Assembly (NCBI GenBank): GCA_050010755.1
Contig: JBEKKK010000001.1
Location: forward strand, 832,001 to 896,000
DNA from: Candidatus Bathyarchaeia archaeon
GTDB lineage: Archaea > Thermoproteota > Bathyarchaeia > Bathyarchaeales > Bathycorpusculaceae
Reading direction: 5' to 3'
Length of the DNA: 64,000 bases
The notes under the pieces were generated by a model, which had not been told where the DNA came from, made no database searches, and saw nothing but the letters and a program-made list of their open reading frames with translations. The position numbers and the translations under genes are program-made. This document shows positions 29,392 through 38,678 of this stretch, piece by piece (within the stretch, counting starts at the first letter, position 1; each line of letters starts with the position of its first letter).

Positions 29392-31104
29392 TTAGTAGGT
29401 TTCTTCACGTAGTCTTAAGAGGATTCCTCGAATCGTCGTTTTAGCTCTTTCTTTCCTGCGCTCGTAATCTGCGAGAAGCTTGCGGTAGGTTTCCAACGAT
29501 ATCTCACCTCTGGTTTGGCGGGCTTCAATGCTGCTGATGCTGCCCTCTGCCTCGTCGATTTGAGCTTCGGCAACTTCGAGCTGTCGCATCATATCCGCGT
29601 AGTGACCGCCGCCTGCGTGCAATTTGCCCCCCGTCTCTGCCAACGTTCTATCCAGTGCGCTGAGGCGAGTTTCCAAGGTTTTCTTCTGCACCTTGTACCT
29701 TCGTCTGGGGAGTCTTCCCTTCTGCACCCTTTCATCGAGTGCGTCTATCTCTCCTTCTATCTTCATTTTCTCCTCGTACGCATCTGCAAAAGCCCTATAG
29801 TCTTCTGGACGAATCGCGCCTCCGCGAGCCGTTGAAGGAATCACGACTCCGCTAGGAGCCCTTGGCCTCCTCCAAAGCCATACAACTGCGGAGCCAACCA
29901 TCGTGAAGGCAAAAATCCACAGTGTGGGACCCAAAGCCAGCCATAAAGGATTATACGTGTAGCTAAAGTTCACAGTGAAACTGGCGAGAGGAATTACGTT
30001 CTGCTCGCTTACACTCATGCTGTCCTGGTAAACATCATGGTTGACGCCGTAAAGGTTGCCTGCCAGTGTCGTTTCAAAATCGGACAGTCGCGCACCTTGA
30101 GGCAGGAAGAAGCCGACTGAAGCTTGGTCGATGTAGCTGATCGAGTCTTGGAAGAAACTCATGTTTAAAGTGAAGCTGCTGCCCACTTTACTAACGTAGA
30201 CGTTGTCGGGCAGATCGTAGCTCACCGTAAATTTTATTGCTTCGCCGGGGTTCACATCGAGGGTGAAGTTTATCGTGTACCGATTTGGGTATTCACTATT
30301 GGGAGACGGCGCTGTTATGATAGGTACCCCGATTTGATCATTCGCGGCTACGTTCGACGCGTTAGGAGGCAGGATAAAGTCCATTGAGTCCATCGTTGAG
30401 GTCGAGTTGTTCGTTACAAAATAGAAGTCGGAAACGCTCACTTGGCCGAACGCGTTGATATTCACGGTGCGAGTGAGCTGTTCGATGTCAAAATTCTGAT
30501 ATGCTCCTGCTGGAATCGTCAAGTCCACTTGCGACGTGTTGTAGGTGAACGCGCTCAAATTCTCCACATTGTACGTGAGGCCGCTAACCGTTCCATTGAC
30601 ATACTGTGCATCCGGCACGACAACAGAGCAGTTGCAAACAGGGACGGTTTCGGTCAGGCTCGGAAAAGTTGGAAAGACAAGCTCAAAGATAGTCGAATTC
30701 AACTCCGAGAAAACGTCTGACAACACAAAAACCACGCTGAAGACCTGCGGCGTCCCTTTCGAAAAATCGACACTTATTGCATAGAAACCAACATGATCTG
30801 CAAACGGGACGTTAAGCGAGACTGGAAACGTGTCAGCCGCGTTCCCGGTGCTATAGGCTATTACGCTGACCACACTCGGACCGAAGCTGTGCGGAAAACC
30901 AAGCAAGAAGCTGCCTGTTTGCCCCGATGTCGTTATTGTGTCATTCAGAAGAACATATCCATTGTACAACACTCCCACGGTTTGGTTAACGCTTAGCACA
31001 CTGAAGGTGGAACTTGCCCTCGCAGAGGAATTGTTGAAAGAAGCCAAAGCAAGAACTGCAATTGCCAAGGCCAAGATGATGAACACGGCAACGGTTTTCC
31101 TCAC
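29392..31104 (-). CDS. Ribophorin I (OST subunit RPN1)-like membrane protein
   Basis: Signal peptide, beta-rich external region (LTRTVNINAFGQVSVSDFY, ILPPNASNVAANDQIG, VSYDLP, FLPQGA), one TM and a cytoplasmic helical C-terminus. Confidence 0.6.
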   Translation of the reverse strand: MRKTVAVFIILALAIAVLALASFNNSSARASSTFSVLSVNQTVGVLYNGYVLLNDTITTSGQTGSFLLGFPHSFGPSVVSVIAYSTGNAADTFPVSLNVPFADHVGFYAISVDFSKGTPQVFSVVFVLSDVFSELNSTIFELVFPTFPSLTETVPVCNCSVVVPDAQYVNGTVSGLTYNVENLSAFTYNTSQVDLTIPAGAYQNFDIEQLTRTVNINAFGQVSVSDFYFVTNNSTSTMDSMDFILPPNASNVAANDQIGVPIITAPSPNSEYPNRYTINFTLDVNPGEAIKFTVSYDLPDNVYVSKVGSSFTLNMSFFQDSISYIDQASVGFFLPQGARLSDFETTLAGNLYGVNHDVYQDSMSVSEQNVIPLASFTVNFSYTYNPLWLALGPTLWIFAFTMVGSAVVWLWRRPRAPSGVVIPSTARGGAIRPEDYRAFADAYEEKMKIEGEIDALDERVQKGRLPRRRYKVQKKTLETRLSALDRTLAETGGKLHAGGGHYADMMRQLEVAEAQIDEAEGSISSIEARQTRGEISLETYRKLLADYERRKERAKTTIRGILLRLREETY

Positions 31105-31258
31105 ACTTTTCTCCTCCAACCAGACTAACACTCATATGAGGCTTGTATTTATTCATAAGCTCATTTATTTACTTTTAGACTTGAACCGCACCGGTAAGGC
31201 ACGCGCCTACCTCTCTGCCTTAGGGGCAAAGAAAAAAAGTTGCACCTCACAAGGTCAG

Positions 31259-31621
31259 CTATCGCTTACTTTGCCTGAGGTAGTGATCATGTTCTTTCTT
31301 GGTGCCGAAGCTTCTAACGCCCTTTTCTTTCAACTGTTTCCTGATTTTCCGAGCGCTTTCTCTGTCGATTTCGCCTCTTCTTTCCAAATAGCAAACTATT
31401 TCTTCGGCCTGTTCTTCAGTGTCGCATCGCCTAATGAAGTCAATGACATCTGGCATATAGCTATCGAAGCTCCGCGAGGTCACGGCTTTCTCTCCATCCT
31501 TTGAGTCTGTTCGCACGGAGTTCACTCGAACCTTATTGTCACCTGTTTGCAATTCTTTGGCAAGATTGGGAAACATTTTCTTCGCGGATTCTTTATCCAG
31601 TTCCACCTGCATGTCTCCCAT
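31259..31621 (-). CDS. DUF2095 family protein
   Basis: KMFPNLAKEL, PDVIDFIRRCDTEEQAEEI and GVRSFG motifs. Confidence 0.8.
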   Translation of the reverse strand: MGDMQVELDKESAKKMFPNLAKELQTGDNKVRVNSVRTDSKDGEKAVTSRSFDSYMPDVIDFIRRCDTEEQAEEIVCYLERRGEIDRESARKIRKQLKEKGVRSFGTKKEHDHYLRQSKR

Positions 31622-31828
31622 GTTCTACGCAAGCTTCACTAATATTGCTCAGTGCAAAACCAATATTTAAGAATCGTCAGATACTTGCTGGCACAATGGA
31701 CGAAAGCCTTAACAAAGCAATACGCATGAACGTGTCGAAATCGGCACGAAACAACTGCCATAGACGAGCCAAAAACGTTCAATCAAAAGTTCACCGCTGA
31801 CTCCGCATTGGACGGCCCAGCACGGAAT

Positions 31829-33082
31829 CTAGTGCTTCACCATCTGTTCGTACAGTCCTAGGGTTCTCTTGGCAATCTTGTCCCAAGTGAATTCTTCGAG
31901 GACTCGCTTTCTGCCGTTTTTTCCGAGCCACTTCATTTTATCTGGGTTTTCCAAGACGCTGGTGATACCCCACGCGATGTCCGTCGGGTTGCTGGGATCT
32001 ACGTGATACCCGCACTGGTCTTCTCCGCAGCATATCACAATTTCTCGCATTCCGCTCACTCCTGCCGCGCCTACGACAACAGGTTTTTCCATGCTCATGG
32101 CCTCCAGAACAACTATGCCGAAAGGTTCATAAAGGCTCGGGAACACGGCCACGTCGCACGCCGCGTAATGGAGAATGCGTTCCTCCTCAGGAAGGAATTC
32201 GAAACGGAATTTCACGCAATTGTCCAACCTCATGTAGTTTACCAAGTTCTTCAAGTAGTCTTGAAGATCGCCCAACCCCAGAATGACCAGCTTGGCCTTT
32301 GGTATCTTCTGAAGAATGTGAGGCATGGCCATTATCAGCTTGTCAACTCCCTTCATCCCGGCAAGCCTGCCGACAAAAAGAATCATGGCCTCGTCGTCTT
32401 TAACGTCGTAAAGGCTTCTGATCTTTTTTATCTGTTCAGCCTTCACGTCTTGCGGGTTGTATTTCTGAGCGTCAACGCCGTTGTAGCATACCTGTATCTT
32501 ATCTTTAGGAAATCCGAGGCTGGTGAGCTCCTCCTTCATCGCAAAAGAAACCGTGACAATCATGTCGGCTGCCTTTGCACAGTGAAGTTCAATGTTGCTG
32601 AGCACTTCCGAACCTTTGCCAAGCGTCCTCCCTTTCTCCGTCGAGTGTACATGAAAAGCGAAGGGCAATCCTCCCTCCTTCTTGACTGCCATGCCGCCGA
32701 TGGCTGAAAGCCAGTCGTGTGCCACGACAAGGTCATACTTGATGTTATCCTTTTTCATGAGTTCGTTGACCAGTTTCGAAGCGCTAAGATAGTTGTAAAT
32801 GAGAACCTTGGAGAAGAATTGAAGACCTCGACCCCATTTAATCCTGATGTCCTCAGCGATTACGTCCGGCAGAGAATCAGAAATGTCGATGTGCAAGGGA
32901 CGATGTATCTCAATGCCGCGCCAAATCTCACGGGTTGGTAGCGTTCCAACATCATCGTTCATCGTGAACACCGTCACATCGTTGTCAGTCAGAACAAATT
33001 TCCTAGTAATCTCGGCAGCGTAGGTTCCCAAACCTCCAACAATCATCGGGGGATACTCATAGACCAGCACAGCCATCTTCAT
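31829..33082 (-). CDS. Glycosyltransferase family 4 (glycogen/alpha-glucan synthase-like)
   Basis: EYPPxxVGGLG, AHDW, HSTEKGR and YEPFGIVVLEAM motifs. Confidence 0.9.
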   Translation of the reverse strand: MKMAVLVYEYPPMIVGGLGTYAAEITRKFVLTDNDVTVFTMNDDVGTLPTREIWRGIEIHRPLHIDISDSLPDVIAEDIRIKWGRGLQFFSKVLIYNYLSASKLVNELMKKDNIKYDLVVAHDWLSAIGGMAVKKEGGLPFAFHVHSTEKGRTLGKGSEVLSNIELHCAKAADMIVTVSFAMKEELTSLGFPKDKIQVCYNGVDAQKYNPQDVKAEQIKKIRSLYDVKDDEAMILFVGRLAGMKGVDKLIMAMPHILQKIPKAKLVILGLGDLQDYLKNLVNYMRLDNCVKFRFEFLPEEERILHYAACDVAVFPSLYEPFGIVVLEAMSMEKPVVVGAAGVSGMREIVICCGEDQCGYHVDPSNPTDIAWGITSVLENPDKMKWLGKNGRKRVLEEFTWDKIAKRTLGLYEQMVKH

Positions 33083-33292
33083 GTTTCAGCGTTTCTCCTT
33101 ACCGCGATATCCCTATGGGTATCGAGCTATTGCTTATTTACCTTCCTAATGGATTTTACGTACTTGCAATCATTATCGAAACTCTTCGAACTTCCTTCAA
33201 AATGTCTCAAACCCGCAAATCGTCACTAAGTCGTGCCTGAACCGTGAAAAGCCTATTAGGAACATACGACAAATTAAGACCAGTGCAACAGA

Positions 33293-33868
33293 ATGAGCAT
33301 ATCGCCTGTTAAACGTCTAGTTCTAGAAACTCTGTGGTTGATGGACAGACCTGCAAGAGCTACTGAGATAGCAAAAGAGGCTGGACTTGGTTTTCCGCCT
33401 GTAATGATGCACATTCTCGGACTCACGAAGATGGGACACGTTGAAATGCCCGAAAAAGGAATTTACATAATAACGGAAAGCGGCAAAAGAGTGCTCGGAC
33501 TCCCAGACATCAACAGGGAAAAAGCGACTGAAATCCTCGCCTACCTGCCAATGGAAAAATCCTTCCACTTCTACGCCGACATCGGCAAGCCACTCAACAT
33601 CCACACCGCAAGCCTCGGTGATTTCTGCGACAAAATTCAAAAAGTCAACGTGTCCTCCGTAGAATTTCACATCAACCGCGGCGACTTCGAAGCCTGGTTT
33701 GCCGCGCTGGGCGACGCAGAACTTTCACGGAAAACGCTGCTCATCCGAGAAGAGAAAATAACCGGAGAAGATCTGCGCAAAAAACTCCACGAAGTAGTTA
33801 AGAACCGTTGCGACCTGCTGTCAAAAACAAGGAACACGACACCACGACCAGACCAGATTCAACGCTGA
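33293..33868 (+). CDS. wHTH + DUF5752-like domain protein
   Basis: N-terminal wHTH. C-terminal KSFHFY...SVEFHINRGDFEAWF. Confidence 0.7.
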   Translation: MSISPVKRLVLETLWLMDRPARATEIAKEAGLGFPPVMMHILGLTKMGHVEMPEKGIYIITESGKRVLGLPDINREKATEILAYLPMEKSFHFYADIGKPLNIHTASLGDFCDKIQKVNVSSVEFHINRGDFEAWFAALGDAELSRKTLLIREEKITGEDLRKKLHEVVKNRCDLLSKTRNTTPRPDQIQR

Positions 33869-34140
33869 GTTACCCTAAACTGTCCCTCAAGTTTCTAATG
33901 AACCAGCTAACATGGTCTAAACCATATCCCTCCAGAGCTCAGACAAGCTCCCGCTCAGACTCGCACGCACTGCTGCACACCCATGCCTTCAGGCCCAGCC
34001 AATGCGAATGCCGAACTGCCAAATACGCCAACGATCACCGACCGCCTATAGCGCGCGATTTTGCAGACCCAAACCCCAAACAGGGAATCTGCTAGAAGAA
34101 ACTGTGAAATAATAAGAGCTCCAATACTGGTTACGAGGGC

Positions 34141-34647
34141 GTGCTGATGAGCGAGTTGAGAGTCATATCTGCGAAGATTCCAGACGAAGTCTACAAGGAA
34201 ATGATTCTGCGCATTCCCGAGGGAGACAGGAGCAACTTCATCCGCGATGCGATCTTCGAGAAACTGCAGAAAACGCCCAAACCGGATCGAATCCTCGAAT
34301 TGGAAGACAAATTTGGAAAGATGGAGAAGGACTTCTCACAAATCAAGAAGTACTTAGGAGATCTAGAGCTACTCACATACGAACGAGGAAAAACTAACCC
34401 GCACACCTTTGGAACGGACGAGACAGACCACAAAATAATCGACTATCTCACTCACTACAAAGGAGCAACTACCCCTGAACTGGCCGAATACTTGAAAACA
34501 AACAGATGGCTAATTCTAAACAGACTCAGAAAAATACAGAAAACGTCCAAAAAACAAATTGGAAAATCCCTAATTGAATATCATCCAGAAGAAAAATCAG
34601 GAAAAAAGAAGGCCTGGTGGATGAACGAAGAACTAACCGAAACATGA
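34141..34647 (+). CDS. Ribbon-helix-helix + coiled coil + wHTH DNA-binding protein
   Basis: RVISAKIPDEVY...RSNFIRDAIFEKL (RHH), then DHKIIDYL...TTPELAEYLKTNRW (wHTH). Confidence 0.7.
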   Translation: MLMSELRVISAKIPDEVYKEMILRIPEGDRSNFIRDAIFEKLQKTPKPDRILELEDKFGKMEKDFSQIKKYLGDLELLTYERGKTNPHTFGTDETDHKIIDYLTHYKGATTPELAEYLKTNRWLILNRLRKIQKTSKKQIGKSLIEYHPEEKSGKKKAWWMNEELTET

Positions 34648-34692
34648 TTCGACGCTGCAACAATTAAACTCAGCAAAGACCTCACTCATGTC

Positions 34693-34809
34693 GGGCCCGT
34701 AGCCCAGTCAGGATTAAGGCGTCGAACCACACCACGGTGCGCAAGCCTCCGGACAAGAAAAATGGAAGAAAGCCGGAGAACAGGGGTTCAAATCCCCTCG
34801 GGCCCGCCA
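34693..34809 (+). tRNA. tRNA-Arg(CCG) with two introns (29/30: 34725-34744; 37/38: 34753-34770) and encoded CCA
   Basis: Acceptor stem GGGCCCG/CGGGCCC-G-CCA and T arm AGGGG-TTCAAAT-CCCCT. Removing both BHB-flanked inserts gives the anticodon arm TCGGC-CTCCGGA-GCCGG. Confidence 0.88.
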
Positions 34810-34881
34810 CTCTTGAACACGCGCTCTACCAAAAATCTTAAAACAATTCCTTTTTCAATGAATACGAGGAGAAAGCACAAA

Positions 34882-35196
34882 ATGGTTTACTGTACCAAAT
34901 GCGGCACCAACAATCCTGACGATGCTAAAGTGTGCAAGAATTGCGGAGCACCATTATACACAACAGGAGAAAGCAGGCATTACCGACAAATGGAAGACGA
35001 GTGTTTTGGGATCCCACGAGGAGGTTCATTCGTGGGCTTGGCTATCGGGTTGATAATACTGTTCGCCGGAATCATATATTTTCTGCAGCAGGCCAACATA
35101 ATTGCGAGTAATGTGAGCGTTTGGCCTTTCGCAGTGATAATTTTTGGGATTCTAATAGTTGTCGGCGCCTTGTACGGAATGCGAAGAAGACGCTGA
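34882..35196 (+). CDS. Zinc-ribbon protein with two TM helices
   Basis: MVYCTKCG...CKNCG, followed by two hydrophobic helices. Confidence 0.8.
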   Translation: MVYCTKCGTNNPDDAKVCKNCGAPLYTTGESRHYRQMEDECFGIPRGGSFVGLAIGLIILFAGIIYFLQQANIIASNVSVWPFAVIIFGILIVVGALYGMRRRR

Positions 35197-35925
35197 GTCC
35201 TCTCTTCTTATGCCTCGAACGTTGCACGGAATCAAACATGCTCTGCAGATCCTCCAGTGATCCCACTGAGAAAGCAGAATTCTCGTGAAAAGCCAGAAAG
35301 AAATCAGGATTAACGAAAACAAATCTACAAGCAAGCTCGCGGCTGATTCATCTATCCCGAAGAGAATCAGAAAAGCACCGAGGACGAACGCAGAGTTCAG
35401 CATCGATCGTGCGAGACCTGCGAGTTTCAGTTGAAGAAATCCAAGTGCCATTGTCGCCACTCCGATAAGAACGGCCAGAGGACCTATCTGAGGCGATTCC
35501 CATCCTGTAAAGAAATAGAGAGCCGTCCCGAAAAGCGCGCCAACTGCTCCAAGAAAGAGACCTGTACACGCTGCGCAAAAAACGTGCCCCTTAATCCGAA
35601 TCACATGAGCCGAGAACCGGCCACAATCATAATGGTGCCCTCTTGTAGTACCTGGAAAGGTTGAAGCTTGCAAAGAGGAAACTGTCGTCTCCATTCTTCT
35701 TCGGTGACCAAGCGTTTCTGAGCATTTCATTGGGGACAAGGCGAGAATTATTCCAAAAACGCATACGAAGGCAAAAGCTGAGCCTACCAAAGGCTTTCGC
35801 CAACTGAAGGTTCCTCCGAATCCGGTACCACGCCATGCGAGCATGAGGATTGCGAAGAACCCGAAAGCAGACACAGCCACCGAAAAAGGCAGCATGAATC
35901 CGATTTGGTCTTTGGACAAGCGCAC
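35152..35925 (-). CDS. Polytopic membrane protein with His/Cys motifs (DUF2085-like)
   Basis: About 6 TM segments. GHHYDC, FCAACTG and HWRICRAC motifs. Confidence 0.6.
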   Translation of the reverse strand: MRLSKDQIGFMLPFSVAVSAFGFFAILMLAWRGTGFGGTFSWRKPLVGSAFAFVCVFGIILALSPMKCSETLGHRRRMETTVSSLQASTFPGTTRGHHYDCGRFSAHVIRIKGHVFCAACTGLFLGAVGALFGTALYFFTGWESPQIGPLAVLIGVATMALGFLQLKLAGLARSMLNSAFVLGAFLILFGIDESAASLLVDLFSLILISFWLFTRILLSQWDHWRICRACLIPCNVRGIRREDSASSSHSVQGADNY

Positions 35926-35929
35926 ACGC

Positions 35930-37348
35930 CTACAGTAGAGACTTGAGCTGTCTCATTACGCCCTTGCCAGCCATGTGCCAAGAGACTCTTCTCTTCATCT
36001 CGTTGCGGGAAAACAATGATCGGAGCCTCCTACTCCAAGAACCGTAGAAGCTTCTGTAACATCTGTAAAGTTCTTCTTGCACTTCTCTGGTTGACAGAGT
36101 TTCTGTTGGCATTATCGCATGAACCATGTCGTAATGAGACCAGTTTGTATCTTCGATCCAGCCGTTTTTTCTTGCTTCGTCGAATATCTGGTTTCCAGGG
36201 AACGGCGTGAGAGCCGCAAACATGACGAGGTCGGGATCCAACTCGTTAGCAAACTTCCGTAGGCGAGCTATTGACTCGGCCGTGTCTTTGCGGTTGCCTA
36301 TTATGAACATTGCTTGGGCAAATATGTCATTTTCTTTAAGCAACCTTATTGCTGTCTTAGCCTGGTCCGGCGTGATTCCCTTCCTGAAGTTTTCAAGCGT
36401 CGAAGGTTCAGAGCTTTCAACTCCAAGAAGAACCCAGTTGAGTCCTGATTTCCTCAACTTGGGCAGGTTTTCTTTGTTTCTGACAATGTCATCGCACCTT
36501 GCCTGAACGAACCAAGTCACGTCGGGCATGTCGCGTTTGATGATTTCGTCAGCGATTTCGTTTATCCGCGTGCCTGCGCCCAGATTGTCATCCGTGAGCC
36601 AGATGAACTTGCTCCCGTAGTTCTCGTGACAGAACTCCATTTCATCTGCAATACGCTCGGGCTTCTTTACCCTGTATTTTCCCTGCCAATGCTGCCATTG
36701 AGTACAGAAGGTGCACGTGTGCGGGCATCCTCTCGCGCCTTCGATCAGGGCATAAGGGGCATCGCGTCTAGCCATTATAGCAAAATGGTACTTGTGAACG
36801 AAATCCTTGACGAGATGGTAGCCAGGGTAAGGTAGTTCTTCTAGGTTTTCGATCAATGATCTGGGAGGATTATGGACAACTTCTCCATGCCTAAAAGAGA
36901 TGCCTTTCACGTTTGAAAGCGCGCTTTTATCTTCTATATTCTTGACGAGATCGGCCATGGTTCGCTCTCCTTCTCCTCGCACTATGATGTCGACGTCTGG
37001 ATACTCCTTCAAACTCTCTTGGGCTGTTACGGTGAAATGTTGTCCTCCAGTGACAGTGACGATATCTGGGATCGCTTGCTTAGCCGTCTGCAACGTTCTC
37101 ACAACGACGTAGGTGTTGCAGGTGGCCAGTGAGCTTGAAGCCACGATATCGGGATGAGATGACAGGATTCTGTTCTCCATGTCTTTCCAATCAACATGCT
37201 GGACGTTACAATCTAAGACTTCAACCTCCACTCCTTCCACGCTTTTCTCTAAATACGCTGCAAGTTGAATAATGCCGTAGGGCGGGGGCAAATAGTCTCC
37301 CATCATGAACCATCCTTCTTTCGGCGGTTCAATGAAAAGAACTTTCAT
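35930..37348 (-). CDS. Cobalamin-binding radical SAM protein
   Basis: PPYGIIQLAAYL, GGQH, RGEGE, RGCPHTCTFC, DDN and LGVES motifs. Confidence 0.9.
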   Translation of the reverse strand: MKVLFIEPPKEGWFMMGDYLPPPYGIIQLAAYLEKSVEGVEVEVLDCNVQHVDWKDMENRILSSHPDIVASSSLATCNTYVVVRTLQTAKQAIPDIVTVTGGQHFTVTAQESLKEYPDVDIIVRGEGERTMADLVKNIEDKSALSNVKGISFRHGEVVHNPPRSLIENLEELPYPGYHLVKDFVHKYHFAIMARRDAPYALIEGARGCPHTCTFCTQWQHWQGKYRVKKPERIADEMEFCHENYGSKFIWLTDDNLGAGTRINEIADEIIKRDMPDVTWFVQARCDDIVRNKENLPKLRKSGLNWVLLGVESSEPSTLENFRKGITPDQAKTAIRLLKENDIFAQAMFIIGNRKDTAESIARLRKFANELDPDLVMFAALTPFPGNQIFDEARKNGWIEDTNWSHYDMVHAIMPTETLSTREVQEELYRCYRSFYGSWSRRLRSLFSRNEMKRRVSWHMAGKGVMRQLKSLL

Positions 37349-37631
37349 CGCGTCTCCCTCTCCATCAACTTCGTCTATGTGGCAATTGAACTTTTAATTC
37401 CTTTTGGCAAACACTACACTTGCCTTTAAAAGAAGAAGCCTCTATCTCACGGGCTAGGAGTTGTCACTCCAAAAGTGTTGGGCATCGTTTCCGATACTTC
37501 GACAGAAATCGATCAGTGCAAAATGGTCAAAAAGTTTTGAATTCTCAAGCTTGTTTCTCTCAAAACCGGTCACATGTCTTAAACCTTATAAGAAGTGTCG
37601 ATAATTATGAGTGACGCTGGATGTGATGTGA

Positions 37632-38006
37632 ATGTCTAGACAAGATAAAGACAAGAAAGCCATGACGAAAGATCGTCTGATAGGAATGCACGTAATCGAC
37701 AGCGAAGGAAACGAAGCCGGAACCGTTCAAGACATTGCGTTCACGGTTGGAAAAGTCGGCATGACTCTGATTTTGGAAACCAAGAAAGGTGACACCAAAG
37801 AAATCGCATGGGAAGACATACAAGCTGCGGGCGACTACGTCATATTGAAATCATCAGCAAGCCAAACCCAGTACTCTGCCACACAGCCAACAATTCAACA
37901 GACTCAACAAACCCAAACACCAACCTGCCCAACTTGCGGAGGACCCTTAACCTACATTCAACAATATCAACGATGGTACTGCTACAAGGATAGAAAGTAC
38001 GTCTGA
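37632..38006 (+). CDS. PRC-barrel protein with a Gln/Thr linker and C-terminal zinc-ribbon-like motif
   Basis: LIGMHVIDSEG..GTVQDI and AAGDYVIL motifs, then CPTCGGPLTYIQQYQRWYC. Confidence 0.8.
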   Translation: MSRQDKDKKAMTKDRLIGMHVIDSEGNEAGTVQDIAFTVGKVGMTLILETKKGDTKEIAWEDIQAAGDYVILKSSASQTQYSATQPTIQQTQQTQTPTCPTCGGPLTYIQQYQRWYCYKDRKYV

Positions 38007-38090
38007 CCCACAAAAAACTTCATTATGCACATTATGCACCTCATCATAATCTCTAGTTTTTTCAGTTGAGCGTAGGGATTTCTTGCGGTT

Positions 38091-38310
38091 CATATTGGTA
38101 CCGCTAGCTTGCGCTTCCAATGCATAGGTCAGCAGTTTTCACACAGGGGTAAAGCCGATCCACTCATCGGCGGAGATGATTGGTTGTGCATGCGGCGCGA
38201 AGCATGTTGAAAATCTTGGCGTCCCGTGAAACATACGTTCGATGCAACAGCATACGCTGCACGACTAGCATGGCAAGGATGTACAAGAAGAACTCGATTA
38301 TTACTAAGCC
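38091..38310 (+). pseudogene. Possible decayed GNAT acetyltransferase remnant
   Basis: Fragments HIGTASLRF...FSHRGKA...GDDW and ARMYKKN lie in different frames. Weak resemblance only. Confidence 0.25.
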
Positions 38311-38678
38311 AAGGGAGAAGGGGCCACAACCTCTGGATCCAGACGAGAATGAATTGTTCAACCGCAAAAACAGTAATTAGGGCGCAGACAATTGTAGCAA
38401 AAAAGGCAGTCCTACCCTTTCAAGGCTTTCGTTGTTCTTAAATCGAAAGTTGAGAAAACCCCAGCGAAGCCGAGGTATTGCAAAAATAGTTGTATACTAT
38501 GAACGGTCAAGTGTATCCAAGTCTTTGGCGCGCTCAATCATGAAAAACAATCGGGGCGGAAAATTCGAGGACCAGAAAAAGGTTTGTTTTGGGCACGCGC
38601 TGTGGATAAGATAAAAGAAAAGTGGATGTCGGGGGATCACGCGTTTCTCGAGTTGGGCTTTGATAGTATGTGTTTAAC

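Noticed and set aside
34762-34881. N-terminal extension of the zinc-ribbon ORF in the track
   Set aside because: It overlaps the tRNA. The real start is MVYC at 34882.
38020-38039. Tandem CATTATGCA x2
   Set aside because: Two copies of 9 bp only, with no functional context.
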